64,000 bases of DNA from positions 4,278,001 to 4,342,000 of the forward strand of contig JAYWIR010000003.1 in NCBI GenBank assembly GCA_036172245.1, given 5' to 3'. Shown in pieces: positions 1-13,369 of this stretch (position 1 is its first letter; each line of letters begins with the position of its first letter). The DNA is from Raillietiella orientalis (lineage: Eukaryota). A program made the position numbers and the translations under genes. The notes below the pieces were generated by a model that was not told where the DNA came from, did not search any database, and saw only the letters and a list, made by a program, of their open reading frames with translations.

Positions 1-2933
1 CGGCCCCTCTGGGAATGCTTTGCAGCGACCCTAGGAACCCCCGGAGGCAACTCCAGAGACGCTATAAAACCCCTCTTTGTTCGCGAAGCTCTTCGGCCAG
101 CGGGCTCCCTGGAAGCCCTGGAAGCCTACGCAGGATCGTCGCTGCGTGGAGTGATGCAAGGGGAGGGCGCAGCAACAGGGATGCCACATCAACTTCGCCC
201 GCCGCTTTTTCAGGATGGCAACGAGATGGCCCCACCCAGATAATCCAGCAAGACCTTGCCAACATCACACAGAGGATGAACAGCTCCGCCCCTGGCACAA
301 CCTGATCCCTTCTCGCATCCCTCCTCCCCAAAAGTGTATTTTTATTTTTTGTCTCCTTTTTTTTTTTTGTTTAATCCCTCCTTCTGCTGTCGTGGTGGAC
401 CACACCGGTCTGTGATCCGGGGACCCGGCAGGCTCCCGTTAAGTTGCACGTAGTTGAACCGCCTCTCCAACCACAGTTCTTAGAAAATGTTTTTTTTTTA
501 TTGGAATAAACGCCCCGGATCACGCGGGTAAAAATCGAGAGCCCTCCTGACCGGCTCGATGCTTCCGTCCTCTTCGCCCCGTTCGAGCTTTTGACGCGCC
601 ACACTGCGGCGAGAATGACGTAGTGGGCTGCTTCCGCGACGGACCCGACTGGGCGGTCCCTCGGCACCCTGTGGGCTCTCGAGTTTTCTACTTGGTCGAC
701 GATGAGCGCCGCAGGCTGCGCGCAGGCCGGGGGGTTGGGTGCGAGGAGGGAAACACGCCGGGAGCGGCGATGATGGCGACCTCGAGGAGGCCCAGCTGCG
801 AGCCCGAGGTCTGAGGTGGTTCCCCGGTAACCGGCGCAAGCGGAGGAGCCCGCGGAGTAGCAGAGGAGTCGCTTCGCGACCGGAGGGAAGCTACCGCAGC
901 TTCGTGTCCCTCTCCGAATCCCTCCTTGGAGCTTCCAAGATAGACGGGAAGACCACTCCCCGACCTCGAGGCTCTCCGCTCTCGGCCTGCCGTCTTCAGG
1001 GTGACGCACTCTCCGGGTGACAAATGCCCTGCCCGCAGCTTCCACTCCTCCACATTCTGGTCGCAGGGGCCGCCTCATTCCTAGGTGAGCAGCCTCCCTT
1101 CGAGGTTTGTGCCTGGAGGTTCGGGGTCTAGCGTCCAAGGAGGCTCTAGAAGGCGAGAGGGGGGTCATCACTGGACGCCGTGTAGGAGGGGCTGTCCGCC
1201 CAAAAGCGCGCCCGATGAGGCGGCACCGTGGGGTCCGGTGGTATCCCCGACGAGAAGGAGCACCGCGTTGTCCTCATCGGGACTTTTCCAGAGTGCCGCA
1301 ACCCCGCGACGAAGCGACTCCCGGATTCACCTTCTCGCGCACCCATTTTCCAAGAGCGAGTCGAGCCACAGGAGAGCGCTTCTTGCCTTGGAATCCACCG
1401 TTAACATGGTCGTAATTGCCCTTCCCCCCTCCCGCTCCCTCCCCCCCGAAAAGAAAATGGACCGAAAATGCCGGGAGATAAAACGGAGGAAAGTGCTTTC
1501 CCCGGTCAACTTCCGGTATGCGTTTTTCCTCGCTCCTGGTTCTACGAGCGGCATCGACCCGAGCCAATCCAGGTCCCCTCTCCTTTCCCAAAACGCGGGC
1601 GCAATCCCGGAGGCATTGCGTGATAACGGGATCCGAGCGGCTGCTGTGATAGGGAGCGAAAACCGAGGCGGTTGGGAGACCGGACGAGGGAAGGAGGGGG
1701 AGGGGGATTTAGGAGCGTCTGATAAAGGAAAATTACGGATGACAAAAAAAAAACGCCGTGGACAGCAGAGTCAGCCTGAAAAGGGAGGTGAAGAAAAAAA
1801 AAGTGACTTGGATTTGGATTGCTGCTGAGGCCCGACAGCTTTAATGAGCAATCGCGAAGCCTTCGACGGTCACAGTCCCTCAGCCTGGACGCGCAGGTCG
1901 GCTGGAGTCTCCGACGTGCCGTCGCCCATCATGACAGGCGAGGAGGGGGTCATCCTGGCTGCCACGGCGAAAGCCTGTCCGCCGCCCTCCGACCCCCATC
2001 GACGCCGGGAACGCTGCGGCGGCTGCTCGAGGACTCGCTCCTTCCGCCGGCGATGGGCCGCACCTTCCGAGGAAGTTGCACGGAAGACCGGGAAGGGAGC
2101 GGTGGGTTTGGGTGCCGGAAGGCAGTTTCTCTCGGGGGTCGAGAAATAAAGAAATTCAACCAATCGGGAATAAACCGCGCACGTGGCCATCACGCCGTTC
2201 CCATCACTGCCTCCTTTCTCCTGTTGGTCCGCTGCGGGCGGGGGGTGACACGGCGGTTTTTGGAGTTTCCTCCGCTAGCCGGCCGCGTTCCCTTTCTTCC
2301 TCTGGAGATGGCAGCACGCTGCAGGCTACTTCCGAAAGAGTGAACTCCTTTTCCCTTCGTGACCTGCCGCCCGGGTTCCCGGTCGCATTCCCGCGCTGGC
2401 GGAATCCCGGTATTCCCCTTTCGGATGGGATTCCTGAAAGGGAACGGCATGTGATGAAAACATCCACTAATTGCGCGCGGCCCCTGCCGTGGAGGGCAGG
2501 CAGCATCGCGAAGAAGCCGAACAGCCTCGCCTGCCGATGTGAGAAGCTGCAAACACAATCCACAGCGCTCATTAATTTTTATCACGACACGCATACCGGC
2601 ACGTCATGCGTTCGCACACGTGTCACGTCGGGATGCAGGAGCACTCGCATTAACGCGTGACACAACGGAAAAAATAAATCGCATCAGCACAAATGCTTTC
2701 GATCTGAATCACACGGGTAAGCCGAGAACCTTCTTCGTATCCTACGAGCTCTCGCCGCTCGCAAACAGCGCGACCCGTGGCGGCGCTCTCTCGCGGGCGT
2801 TTTTCGAACTTTCGCGCACTCGACACCGCAGGCAACGGCGGCGTGTGGCACCGCCTCTCTCTCTGGCGTGCCATGCGAAACGTACGCGACTTGTAAAAGC
2901 TCGGTTTTGGGCATCGCTCGGCATGCATCGGAA

Positions 2934-2964
2934 AACACACACACACACAAACAAACAAACAAAC
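2934..2964. repeat. (AC)n-(AAAC)n compound microsatellite
   Basis: acacacacacacacaaacaaacaaacaaaca read directly. Confidence 0.85.
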
Positions 2965-2989
2965 ATCAAGCTAAAAGATGTCACCTCCA

Positions 2990-5400
2990 GTGAAATGTAA
3001 GCACAGGCACTTGACAACTTTGGAAATGCTTTTCTGCAAGCTTGAAGAGAATCAGAGGACTGGCAGCACCAGGCGTAACATCGACAGCAGAACCTCACGC
3101 TCCATTTCCTGATTCTCTCTGTCCAAGGTCTCCCTTCCGCCAGAGGAATGTGTGCGCTGTGGCGGTACGGATGCCATCTGTTAGCGGTGGAAGCAACCAC
3201 TATGGGAACTTGGGAAATCAGGGATGCCAGGCGTTAAACTCCGAACCCGTTTGAAAATGTGCTGATGTTTTACTGTAAACAATAACGATATCAGTTGCAT
3301 TCTCTAATGGAAGCCGAAAATTTAAACAGAAAGAAAACTTAAAGAACGTACACAAAAGCAGCTTGTATGTCTGGTTGCTTTCTTTTGATTTCAAGGTAAG
3401 CGTGGGCATCACACCTGAGGCGAATGTATGTTGTGCCTTTTTTTTTTGTTTTCGCAAAATAAATCAGTGAAAATCTAACGATGAAAATCTACAAGCATGC
3501 GAGCATCATTTCTTCCCCTTTTATCCTTGAGTTCTATGCCATTCTCCCGCTCCCGAAAATGGAAAACTCTTGCTTTCTTGTATCTCCACAACTTTTCTTG
3601 CCTCCAGAATAATTTGTCTGATGTCTTTTATCAGCATCGAGGGAATCGATGCACGGGGAGCTTCAGTATTATCTCCTAGTGGCTAACTGTTATTATCACA
3701 TGTACGGGACGCTCCCGAATTTTCTTCTTCCTCCATTTGATTTCAATAGAGAACTCGTCCTTAGGTCAGCTTGAGACAAAAGATTCAGGACATTGGTATG
3801 GATTTTCAACCTTTCGTTACTCCCCACGTTACTGGTGCATTTGCATCTCAAATGTTCCGCAACACCGTCATTAAAAATTGGTTCTGTTTTGGAAGCTGCG
3901 GATCATTCTAATGACCCGTACGTTCGAAAAGGAGAAATCATTGGCGGACCTAAAAGTCCCTTTTCCCAGAGCTCTGGATCGCTCTCTTTCGAGATTGGTG
4001 AGACTCTTGCAGAGCCATCCGCAGTTGATCAGGCGAAGAAAGGCAAGCGAGAAGATGATGCACTGTTTCGACTAGTCAAGCTGAATCTCAAAGGAATGTG
4101 CGCCTCGGGAAAGATGATTTTGATGCTCCTCTAAAGTCGCGTCCTCTTCGCTCACTTCATAATGAGTTTTGTTCCTTTGCTGCAGAGCCATCCGGTGACA
4201 ACCTCCGTTCCCTGAATTTGGTGTGGTTTTTCAAACGGCAGCTCAAACACGGATGCTGCTCATTCTCATTCTGGAGTTTGCTCCCAAGGCCTGTTCTGCA
4301 GCGATCATTCACCAACGGCCGGATGCACGTCAGACGGCGAGTCCTGGTGTCTCTAAACTTTCCAAAGACTGTCCTTTGCTGCTGGATGCCCCCATCCTGG
4401 CGTCGCGTCCGCGCATGCGTTTCAGGCTGCTAAGTACGACTCGAAAGGATGATAAGGATTTCGGATCCCGGCTGAGCTTGAGATCCTACAGAAGAGAGTC
4501 AGACGGAACGCCATTCCTCAAGATCTGAAGAGAGCGAACCCTACGGAATGAGATCGGTCACCTATTCTGAGATCCTTTTTTATGATTTGGTCCTGATGCC
4601 TCAGCACCCTTGCACGTGGTGTGCTCTCAGAGGATACCACCCACGAGTCTTTAAGCATCGGATACTCTGCTGCAGCTTCCTAAGTGAATATGGAGACTAA
4701 GACCACGACCATCACGGCGGTAACGCTGACGAGGTGGCGACGACGGAAATGAACACGAAGATGAAGTTTTCCGATACCGCGGAGCTTCGATCATACGATC
4801 TGTGTCGCCATCATCACGTCACCAAGAGTCACGGACCCTTTGGTCTGATCAGCTATTCCTTCGCTGTTCTTGTGTTTGAGGGAAGGCAGGATCCCCGTTG
4901 ACATCAGTCAAGGAGAAAAGAATGATGGTTGTTGCCAGTTCGAGGGATAACGTTGGGGATGGTACTGAGTGTTGAGTGTTCCCCCTTTCCAGGTGGGAAA
5001 CCTGTCCGTAGTGCCGAGCAGGAGGATGGATTTCGAGATCAGGAAGAGGTCAAGAAGATTTGTGCATGTGGCATGTGGAGCACATCCCAGAAGCGCTTTT
5101 GATCTGCGGTCGTCGCTGGAACTTCTGGGTTCCTCCAGCTCCCTCGACTTGCAGGGTCAACGCATAGGCTGGAGGAACGTGAGCGAAATCGCCCTCTTCG
5201 TTCACTTCAACAGCCGCACATGTCACGTGGCATCCAGAGAGAATAGTCTGGCATGGATCAAGGAACCGCTGACAGATTCCCCTGATGTGCCACGTCCGGG
5301 AGGGAGTCCACCACATTCCAAGGGGTCCGTCGGCAATCTGAGGGGGAAAGGTCGGAGGTGCCAGAGAGAAGGCCGGTAAGCGCCTCTGCTTTCGCCTCTG
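2990..5400 (-). mobile_element. Decayed LINE ORF2 relic (APE remnant + RT)
   Basis: Minus-strand translations in RT order: KGAEASGPNH (~4600, cf. KxPGPD), KLSRDPKSLSSFR (4441-4479, cf. KxDPxxSYRP), LWEKGLL (~3960), WGVTKG (3810-3827, cf. GVPQG). Weak APE-like text near 5050-5316. Many stops and frameshifts. Confidence 0.65.
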
Positions 5401-7129
5401 GAATTCCTTGGAGAGCTGGGGCCGAGGAGCCGCCGTCCAATCCAGCAGTGAAGGTCGGGTGTGTTCGCTGGACTCATTTCCCTACGGGTAGGTGGGACCC
5501 CCGCGTTGGTCCCTCTGGACTCTCCTTTGCACTGGGGAGGAAGATGAACAACTCCTGAGGATGCTCATCCTCCTCCCTGTGACCCCACTGTTTCCAGCAG
5601 TGATGCCGACGCTGATGCAACTCCCTGTGCCTGCTCCCCCCCTTCCTTCTGCAAGCGGAACGTCTTGTGTACGGATGGGCTTACAGAGCACCCGTAGGAC
5701 GCTCTCATTTTCTCAGTGAATGATGACCAGACCCCAGGACCGCGCAACAAGCCGCGAAGCTTGCAAGCCCCCCTGGCTAATTTGTCATTTGGATCCCCCC
5801 TTTTCCACTTCTTCCCACCGTCCCCCTCCTCCTATTCCTCCTCACCGTCAACGTTGCTGCCATCCTCGCCATGTTCATCTCCGTCGTCGCCACCTCCGTC
5901 AGCATCACCGCCGTGATGGTCAGGGTCTTGGTCATATTCACCGCCATATTCATTCAGGAAGCTTTTTTTTTTAATTTTTTATCCAAGGAATCACTGAGGA
6001 TATCAACACTCCAAAGGCCGTTCGATTGGAGGATGAACTCGGTCGTTGCATTGCCTGAGGGTCTTCACTTCTTTTGTGGCGTCGTCCGGTGCGTGCCGGA
6101 AGGAAGGCTTCGCCCGGAAGCCGACATACAGATCCCCGAGGTGTCCCCCTCTGCGCGTCGCGCATCGACTGGAGGAACGCCGGCGAGCGAGTCTCAGAAT
6201 ATCGTGGGTGCCCTGCTCCCTATGTCTCACCACCTCCCGGCGGCCGTTAATGAGGATGACCTTCCGAGATATTTAGCCAGCTCTTGAGCCGTCGATCTTC
6301 CTGGAGCTGGCGGCTAGAACTCGCTGGAGGTCACAGCAGTCCTATGACGGCCCCTTTGCTGTTTCTTCTTTGACACCAGCTCAGCACCCGCAGAGCTTCG
6401 GGTGATCTCGAGGCTGCTGTAGGATGCCTTAAAGCTGTTATGCAATGTGATGTTATCATCAACCAAGACCGGAGATGGTGAGGTCGACCTCCTAAGGATT
6501 TCTTCGTGTGAAACTGCTGAAAAAAATTGGGAGATCCAAATCGATATCAGCAGTGCTCAGTGTCAACTTCATTGGCTGGATTTTCTAGCTGCTGAAGGAG
6601 CAGATCAAGTAGTCGTCGTCGATCTGTATCCTTGGAAACGGTTTCTGCTCAACGTGCCTTGGATCCCTATGAAGCGCCTGTCACTGGGAGCTCGCCTGAA
6701 TGGAACCCGTTTTCTCGCGCTCTCTGGCTATGCCGAGGTCCTCAAGGAATCAGGTCATGGAGGTATTTTCTAGCCGGCCCAGGGATGTGTTCTTCGTGGC
6801 CAGATGCAGGCGTCTGCCTACACTTCCATGTCAGACGAGGGGCTTGTGGTATCCACGGTGACTGCCTTTAGACCAAAAGAAAGGAACCATCGGCACAGAG
6901 CCTCAGAAGTGGGGCTTTCATCAAAGCACCCCCCCCCCCCCCACTCCTTCCAGTCTTCCACCCCTATCCCTGCCGCCGTGTGGAAAACGATCTCGGGAAT
7001 GCGGCGCAGTTCTGTTTCAACCGATCGACAAGAGGCTGAGGCAGGGGGAGGGGGCTCGAAAGCCCCCTCCCCTTTGCTGTCTGACAAGAGAGCTGCCCAG
7101 AATCCACCGAAAGAAGTTTTTTTCATTGC

Positions 7130-7520
7130 ATCTCAGTGAGAATGCTACGTAATGCCTCTTCCGTCGGTTCGAGAGAGGCAGAACTTTTCCCTGAACTAAC
7201 TATCCGTGCAGCTGGCCGAAACGTCCTTAGATGGCAGCAGCATCTTCGCGGAGACCAGCCCGAACGCAATTCGTGCCGGTCTTCGAATCGGAGGCAGGCA
7301 ATGAAAATCAATATGCGACCGAAACATTTGGCAGGTGTGCCGGCCACAAGAAGACGCATCAGACTCATCAGCCGAGGGGTCAAGTAAATCGTGAATAGGG
7401 ATCCGGGGTTAGACAGATACCCGGGTATATCGTTTGGGAAGCAGAAGGCAGCTGAGAGGTCAAACCGTCGGAGCGGCTCTGAGCTATCGACGGGCTGACA
7501 GTTTCGAGGATGGAGCATTT
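7130..7520 (-). mobile_element. LINE ORF1 (gag-like, CCHC knuckle) relic
   Basis: ORF 7123-7518: FCFPNDIPGYL...AGTPAKC...CLRFEDRHE...RRCCCH. Cys/His spacing resembles an eroded triple zinc knuckle. Confidence 0.5.
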
Positions 7521-8189
7521 ATCAGAAATCTCCTTGATCTCGAAGGCTGCGGTTCTGATGGGAGCCCGCGACTTGCATGACGACAAGGAGAGGAAAACCG
7601 GAAATTCTCTTCGACCCCCCTCCCGCTGGCTCTCGCGCCTCTTGTCGATCAGCTTAAGCAGAGGAAGCATTCCCAAGAGCGGAGGAGCTCGGCAGGGCCT
7701 ACCTGTTCCAGCAAGGAGATTTATATCTTTGTTTTTTGTTTTTCCAATTTAGAGAGATCGGTTTCCAAGCATCCACTCCAGGGCGAGCGAAACCCGATGG
7801 CTCCTACGCACAGAGACCAGCAGGGTCGTTCAGAGTTCCCCGAGAGCTTTCACTTCTTTCTCCGGCGCGGCAGGACTCGGGACGCTGGCGAGGGGCTACG
7901 CGGTGCTCCCGGTTGCCTGCCTTGCCATACACTGCTACCGCCACAGAAGGACCGGCCTCTCAAAGGAGGCTCTGGATGGTTCTGAGCAATCGAGGGCCCT
8001 AGGGCATGCTGAAGGTGGCTAGGGAAAAAGGAATTTCGACTCAGCAAGTGCCATCGCGCTGTCTTTTGTTCGACAGGAGGGTGCGCGTCCCCGCACCGCG
8101 GGACGAGCCGTGGTGGCCATTGGTATGGTGGGCTCGAATGGGAGAAGCCTCGAGGAATCTTTCGTGTGAGAATCGGTTCAGGATGGTTT

Positions 8190-8370
8190 GCATGGAAGAA
8201 GGAAGGAGGAGGAGCAAGGGAGGAGAAAGAGGAAGGGAGAAGGAAGGGAAGAGGAAGGAGTGGAGGAGAAGAAGGAATTGAAGAAGAAGAGGAAGGGAGA
8301 AAGAAGAGAAAGGGAAGGGGAGGAGGGAGAGGAGGATGGAAAGATTAGGAAAGAGAAGGAAGGAAACAAG
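8190..8370. repeat. Purine-rich (GGA/GAA) low-complexity tract
   Basis: Almost exclusively G/A on the + strand. Confidence 0.9.
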
Positions 8371-8379
8371 ATCCTGGAG

Positions 8380-9000
8380 CCATGATCTCGCCGAAAACCT
8401 GGTGCGGAACCGCCCCATCTTTGGCATTCTCCAGAAGAACAAGAGGAAGAAAGAAAACCCTGCCTTGGAGGTTCGGCTGACCTCCGAGGTGAATGCTGAA
8501 GTCTGCCTTCATCCCCTTCACATTCTTCCCCTCGAGCAAGAACTTCATCCATTCGAAGCTGGCCGAAGGGAGGGACGAAGAACCGACTCTTCCTTGCTGC
8601 GCCACTGCGCAACCAGAGAGCTGCTCTGGTAGGCGCTGACCCTAACCGGAGGGAGCGCTCGCATTCCAGGAGATTCAGGGACAGCAGGAAGTGCACAGCA
8701 AGGCACTGGGGAGGGAGGGAAGGATGGGGCCGCTACTCGTGGACTCGAAGGCTACGGTGGCGCCACTCTTCTCGGACTCGTTTCGAGAGGTTGGGAGGCT
8801 CTCTGCATACCCAATACCGAGGTACTCCGCATCGCCGGTAGATGGCAGGAGGAGGATGAGAAGAGAAGATGGAGCCGGGGAGACCTTGCAGAGCGGTAGC
8901 AGCTTCCCTGAGCTCAACAGAACGACAGAGGGGGGAGAAGACGAAGGGCAGTGCCAGAACCCCGCTGCCCTTTGGCGAGCATGCTGGAGCTCCGTCGAGA
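8380..9000 (+). mobile_element. Decayed LINE RT fragment
   Basis: IFGILQKNKRKKENP...LHPFEAGRREGRRTD (cf. QxGFRxGRST), LLVDSKAT (cf. DxxKAFD), LQSGSSFPELN (cf. QGxxLSPxLFN). Confidence 0.55.
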
Positions 9001-9379
9001 TGAAAGTCCGGGTTGGTTGAGAGAAGAGTCGGGAGCCCGAGGAGAGGCCGAGGCGTTTCTTGGTCGCGGCCCCGAGGTCCTCGGCTGCTTCTCGGGCTGC
9101 AGTTTCCCGCCAAGCGCACCCGTCTGCTGCGCCGCCGCAGGTTTCCGGTTCCAGGAGACCGCGTCGCAGCTTCCCCTTCTCCCTGCCAGGCGGCGCTGGA
9201 AATACTGTTGCCAGCAAGCTACCTCTGGCAAAGGGAGGGGGTCGGCAAGGAGACGGAGCTCCTGTTCTCAGCCTGTAACTCTGCTGCCGCATTCTTTCTC
9301 CTCTCCGTCTTTTCCGGAACCCCCGAAGACATCTCGAAGGGGGCAGAGGAGAAGTAGAGATGAAGGGAGGGGGATAAGG

Positions 9380-10920
9380 AGATGATCACGTATTGTAGAA
9401 AGTAGAAGCATGGAAAATGGAGCTGCTACATATCGACCGTGCAACGGTCCTCCTACCACTGTGTGAAGGAGATGCAGAATGGCCCGAAGGACACTGCTTT
9501 TCGCTTCCGAATGTTCAGGAGTCCTGACTGGGGACTCGTCATACGATGACCGCTTAAAAGGCCAGTGACCTCTTAGTAGCAGCTAAATCCAGTGTTTCCT
9601 GGAATCCTGGAAACAGAAAACAAGGAAAACGGACGTTCGAACACATCTCGGCTCATTCTTCTTTTCCAGGAGCCTCCCCCACGGCTCAGACGGAAACGTC
9701 TCACGATGCATGCTGAGTCGAACCTGTGGTTCACCTTCCGGTGCTTCCTTCTGTCTGTGGTCCACGTCTGATGCTTTTTTTCTGCCTGTGGTCTAATTTC
9801 TGGTACTTCTCTTTAGCTTTCGTTTGCCTGTTAGTCCAGAAAGAGCCTCCAGCAGCAAGCCTCTCTGCTCACCTACCCAAGTTCCTGCTGTGGCGAACTG
9901 TTTGCTCTCCCAGTTACTGTCTCGTTGAGGACGTCCGTGACTCGAGTCTTCTCGCTATCCGTGGCTCTGAAAGATGTTCTCACAGCATGAGGTCCAGCGC
10001 CTCTCAGATCTGACATGTATCGCTCTATCATCCATACGACTGCATCATCCATTCAATCATTTGAGATCTTTCAAATGATCGGAGCGAGTACAGCTGTGTA
10101 GATCATCTGGCTGTTCGCTCCTTCCTGCTGCTCTCGTTCGATCTGATGTTCCCATGGTAGCTGCGGATGATGAATAACTGCATTCCCTGACGTACGTTTC
10201 TAACTGAAGTGAGGGCGCTTTGCTTCCTGAGGCCGATGAAGTCTTCGAATCTTCCAGAAGGATCCCCAGTCTCCATGGTGCAAGGATTATGGGTTTATGG
10301 AAGCTGCAGGTGGATTCCCGATCGAATCGAAAGATAACGGAGCAAGACCGGCGGTCACTGCGCTGGTTGGGTTTCCGAGGAGGAATCAGAGGGGGTCGTA
10401 GTGGAGTAGCGCACACGTGGCAGTTCCATCTTAGTGTACTCAACTCTGCCCATTATTCCTCATCTCTCTGAGAGGTTCTCATCCACACTCATCCTGGAGG
10501 CTTCTCCTTCTCAGAGGTTTCTCGGTTTCCATGGAGGATGGAAGTGAAGGATCGCCTGAGGCTCCTGAGAGGCCGCTATCAGATCGCAGGCAGCGGCGGT
10601 GCGGAGGCTGCATCCAAGCTCTCATCTCAAGTTTGCTTCGTGGGATGCGATTCCCCGGAGTAGGGTTCACCTGACCCAGCGACACGCCTCAGTCAAGTGG
10701 CCAGAGCTCCTCGGCAACCCTCCGTCTTTGCTGAGCTGCCTGCTCAGTCGCTTCCGCAGCGATGTCCTGACCATGATCTGCGTGCTCTTTCGGATCCCGG
10801 CCCCGTTGCCGTGCTCGCGCATCCCTAGGGTGGCCTCGTTTCCAAGCCCTAGCAGTAGCAAGGAGTCCCTCCAGAGTCCTTCGCCTTGCAGAGAGGTCAC
10901 GCCTTTAGGCAGCATGGAAA
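9380..10920 (-). mobile_element. Internally deleted LINE relic (gag remnant, APE, RT)
   Basis: GHLTEAC knuckle (~10690); STLRWNCH (~10430, APE N-term WN) and RSDHL (~10080, APE SDH); then VFLVFCFQDSRKHW and KSSVLRAILHL (RT-like). Confidence 0.55.
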
Positions 10921-11269
10921 CGCACGCGCGCGCGCTTCCCCCTTTCCCATCATCAGTCCCCTCCTTACCTCGTTCTTGGCACCTCGCAGGAACGGGCGGA
11001 CCGTGGTTGTAGGCAGGACGCTCACGAGGGGATTTTCGAGCCGCTCTCCTGGTCTCTCGGAGCGTCAGAAGGACTCAAAGGCTGCGGGCGCGAATTGCCA
11101 GGGTTTCAAGGATGAAGGAGAGAGGACTGGGGTAAGAAAGGGGGTTCTCGCCACCGTCCGCGTCGGGGTTGTGAGCGGGAGGCGCAGGGCAGACGGATGG
11201 ATCTTCCGAGAAGACGTCCTTCTCGAGGATATGCGGCGGCGCGAATAGGAGAGGGAGATGGAGGGAGGT

Positions 11270-12150
11270 GACGTCATCCGCCTGCGACTTGTTCTGGGTC
11301 GATCCGTGGGTCAGGAGAAGCTTTGAAGGCGACTCGTCGTTGCTCTGCCTCTCTATCCGCGGGGTGCAAAAAGCGTCCCGAATCACACACGCTGGAGGTA
11401 TCATCCAGGCAGGGAGAGTCAGCCTTTACATCACGGAAATCAAGAGAGCAGCTCCTCCAGGAGTCGATTCGTTCGGTCCCTGCAAAAGAACGCGACCGTC
11501 TCACCGTTCCTCTTCTCTTTGATTTGGCGACGTAGGTCTAGAGTCACTGGGGGGGGGGGGATCTGCAAAGCCATCAGAGTCACCTCTCTGGTCCACAACC
11601 GACTCCGCAGTCGGAGCATTCCCAGGAGACTTCACAGCGCCGGTCCGGGAGCGCACGGGAGCAGGAAGCTCTGCAGTAAAACAGGAAGCGCTTGGTCTGG
11701 TGTTCCCCGGGACTCGCTGCGTACGGTAGTCCCCGGCGCCACCTTCCTCCAGAGCCAATCATCTACTTACCGGACGGACAGCGGAGCGGTAGGTGACTCC
11801 AGCTTCCCATTCGAAGAGAGCCACTGTGGGCTCTTCCGGCGAAGACGGACGCGCGCTTTTCTGTATCATCCTGTAAGGATGCGAGATGCCTTCTCACATT
11901 TCCTGACTCGAGAAGAGGCTACATCCACCCGTGCGCGCTCTCGACCGGCCTTTCGCCTTGACTGAGGTTGGCGCTCCCGTTCGCCACCCGTTAGGCCACC
12001 CTCCGCGGTGCCACGGAAGAGGCAGTGACCCCCATCCTGAACCCGGACTGCGAGGAAGTGGGCCTCGACGCCTCTTCGAACATCGCCTGCCCTGCGTGAT
12101 GGCCTCTGCGGAGAGCCCGGCAATAGGATCTGAGATAGGGGAGGCACGAT
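11270..12150 (+). mobile_element. Decayed LINE RT fragment
   Basis: SGVPRDSLRTVV (~11700, cf. GVPQGSVL) followed by HCGLFRRR at the expected YADD position (~11830). Confidence 0.45.
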
Positions 12151-12449
12151 GAGGAAGACTTGAGGGCAGCTGGACACGGCAGCTCTCCGGGCCAGCGAGA
12201 AAGGCGGGACCTGAAAGAAAGTGAGGGAGGTCAGGTAGGCAGGCGATCCGCTTCTAGGACTCGCATCGGTAGGGCTCCCTCCCCCTTCCTCGCACTCCGC
12301 CTTTCGCGAACGAAACGTCTCGAACCACGGGTGTGCGGGGCGACTGGGTGGCCCTCAGCCACCTCCAGGATCGAGGGAGGGAACCATCTGAGCCGAACCG
12401 GGAGGGATTAGACGGCTGGAAGACTCGGAGACCCACCCCGGGTCTTCCA

Positions 12450-12830
12450 CGCGGTGGAAGCATTCCGACCACTCCGAAATTCCAGACCCATCGGCGCGCC
12501 GCTTGGAGCAGAGAAAGACCCCTATCGCCGCCATCGTGAAGATCCCCATTCAGAAGATGTCCGCGTTTCCTTGGGGACTGGTGCTGCACCACATGTGTGC
12601 ATCTCATTCGGTTTCCCTACTCAGCAGGATGCCGCAGGCAGTGGACGCGGAAAGTCCGTACCAATCAACTGCCACGAAACGATATACGTTTCGGTAACGA
12701 CAGCACATAGAAACGTGTACACCCACAGCGAGTGCACGCGCACCATGGCAGCGTGCACGTGCGCTGCACAGGTTTTCCCTGCTGCTCATGGAGCCGAATG
12801 CAGCTGCTGAAGCGTTCCCCGTGAAGGACC
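12450..12830 (+). mobile_element. Possible gag-like zinc-knuckle relic
   Basis: VPINCHE...HSECTRTMAACTC...AAHGAECSC, Cys/His-rich; weak. Confidence 0.3.
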
Positions 12831-13369
12831 CGCGGTTCGCAAGGGTTGCGAGCTGTTGCCAGGCGGAGCGGGGCGTTTCGAGGTCAGCGTGCTGGGGGAA
12901 CGCGCGGACCGGCTCACTGCGAGGTGCCCCCTTTCCCCTCCTCCTAGCTCTGGCGTGATTTCGAGGTGCACTTCCGTTCTCCTTGCTGCCACTCCGTTTT
13001 CCTTCCCCCGAAGTCAGCAAAGAGGGCGACGACTTCCTTCGCCGCTGCTGACGTCAGCATTGGAATCCCCGGCAGGCGTGGCTGCGGATTCTACAGCTGA
13101 GGTCGCTGTCCCGGCTCCCATCCTCTTATCCAGCCTTCCAGCAAACTCGACCTGACCTCCGGGGTGAGTGCGAGAACCCAGAGCCCAATGACGTCCCACT
13201 TCCAAGCTCCGGGGTCGCGCGTGCGGGGGATTGGAAAGCAAGGAGGAGCGTCAAGTCAGGAACGAAAACCAGACGCTTCCGGCAGTGCGTTACAAATGAG
13301 GGCACGCCGATACCGGGATGAAAAAAAAAAATCATCCGTGCATCCATCCGGCGGACTGGTCTAGGATGA

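Noticed and set aside
5970..6800. Additional RT relic on the - strand (SAVSHEEIL, AKYLG)
   Set aside because: Only two short motif-like words with inconsistent spacing; not enough support.
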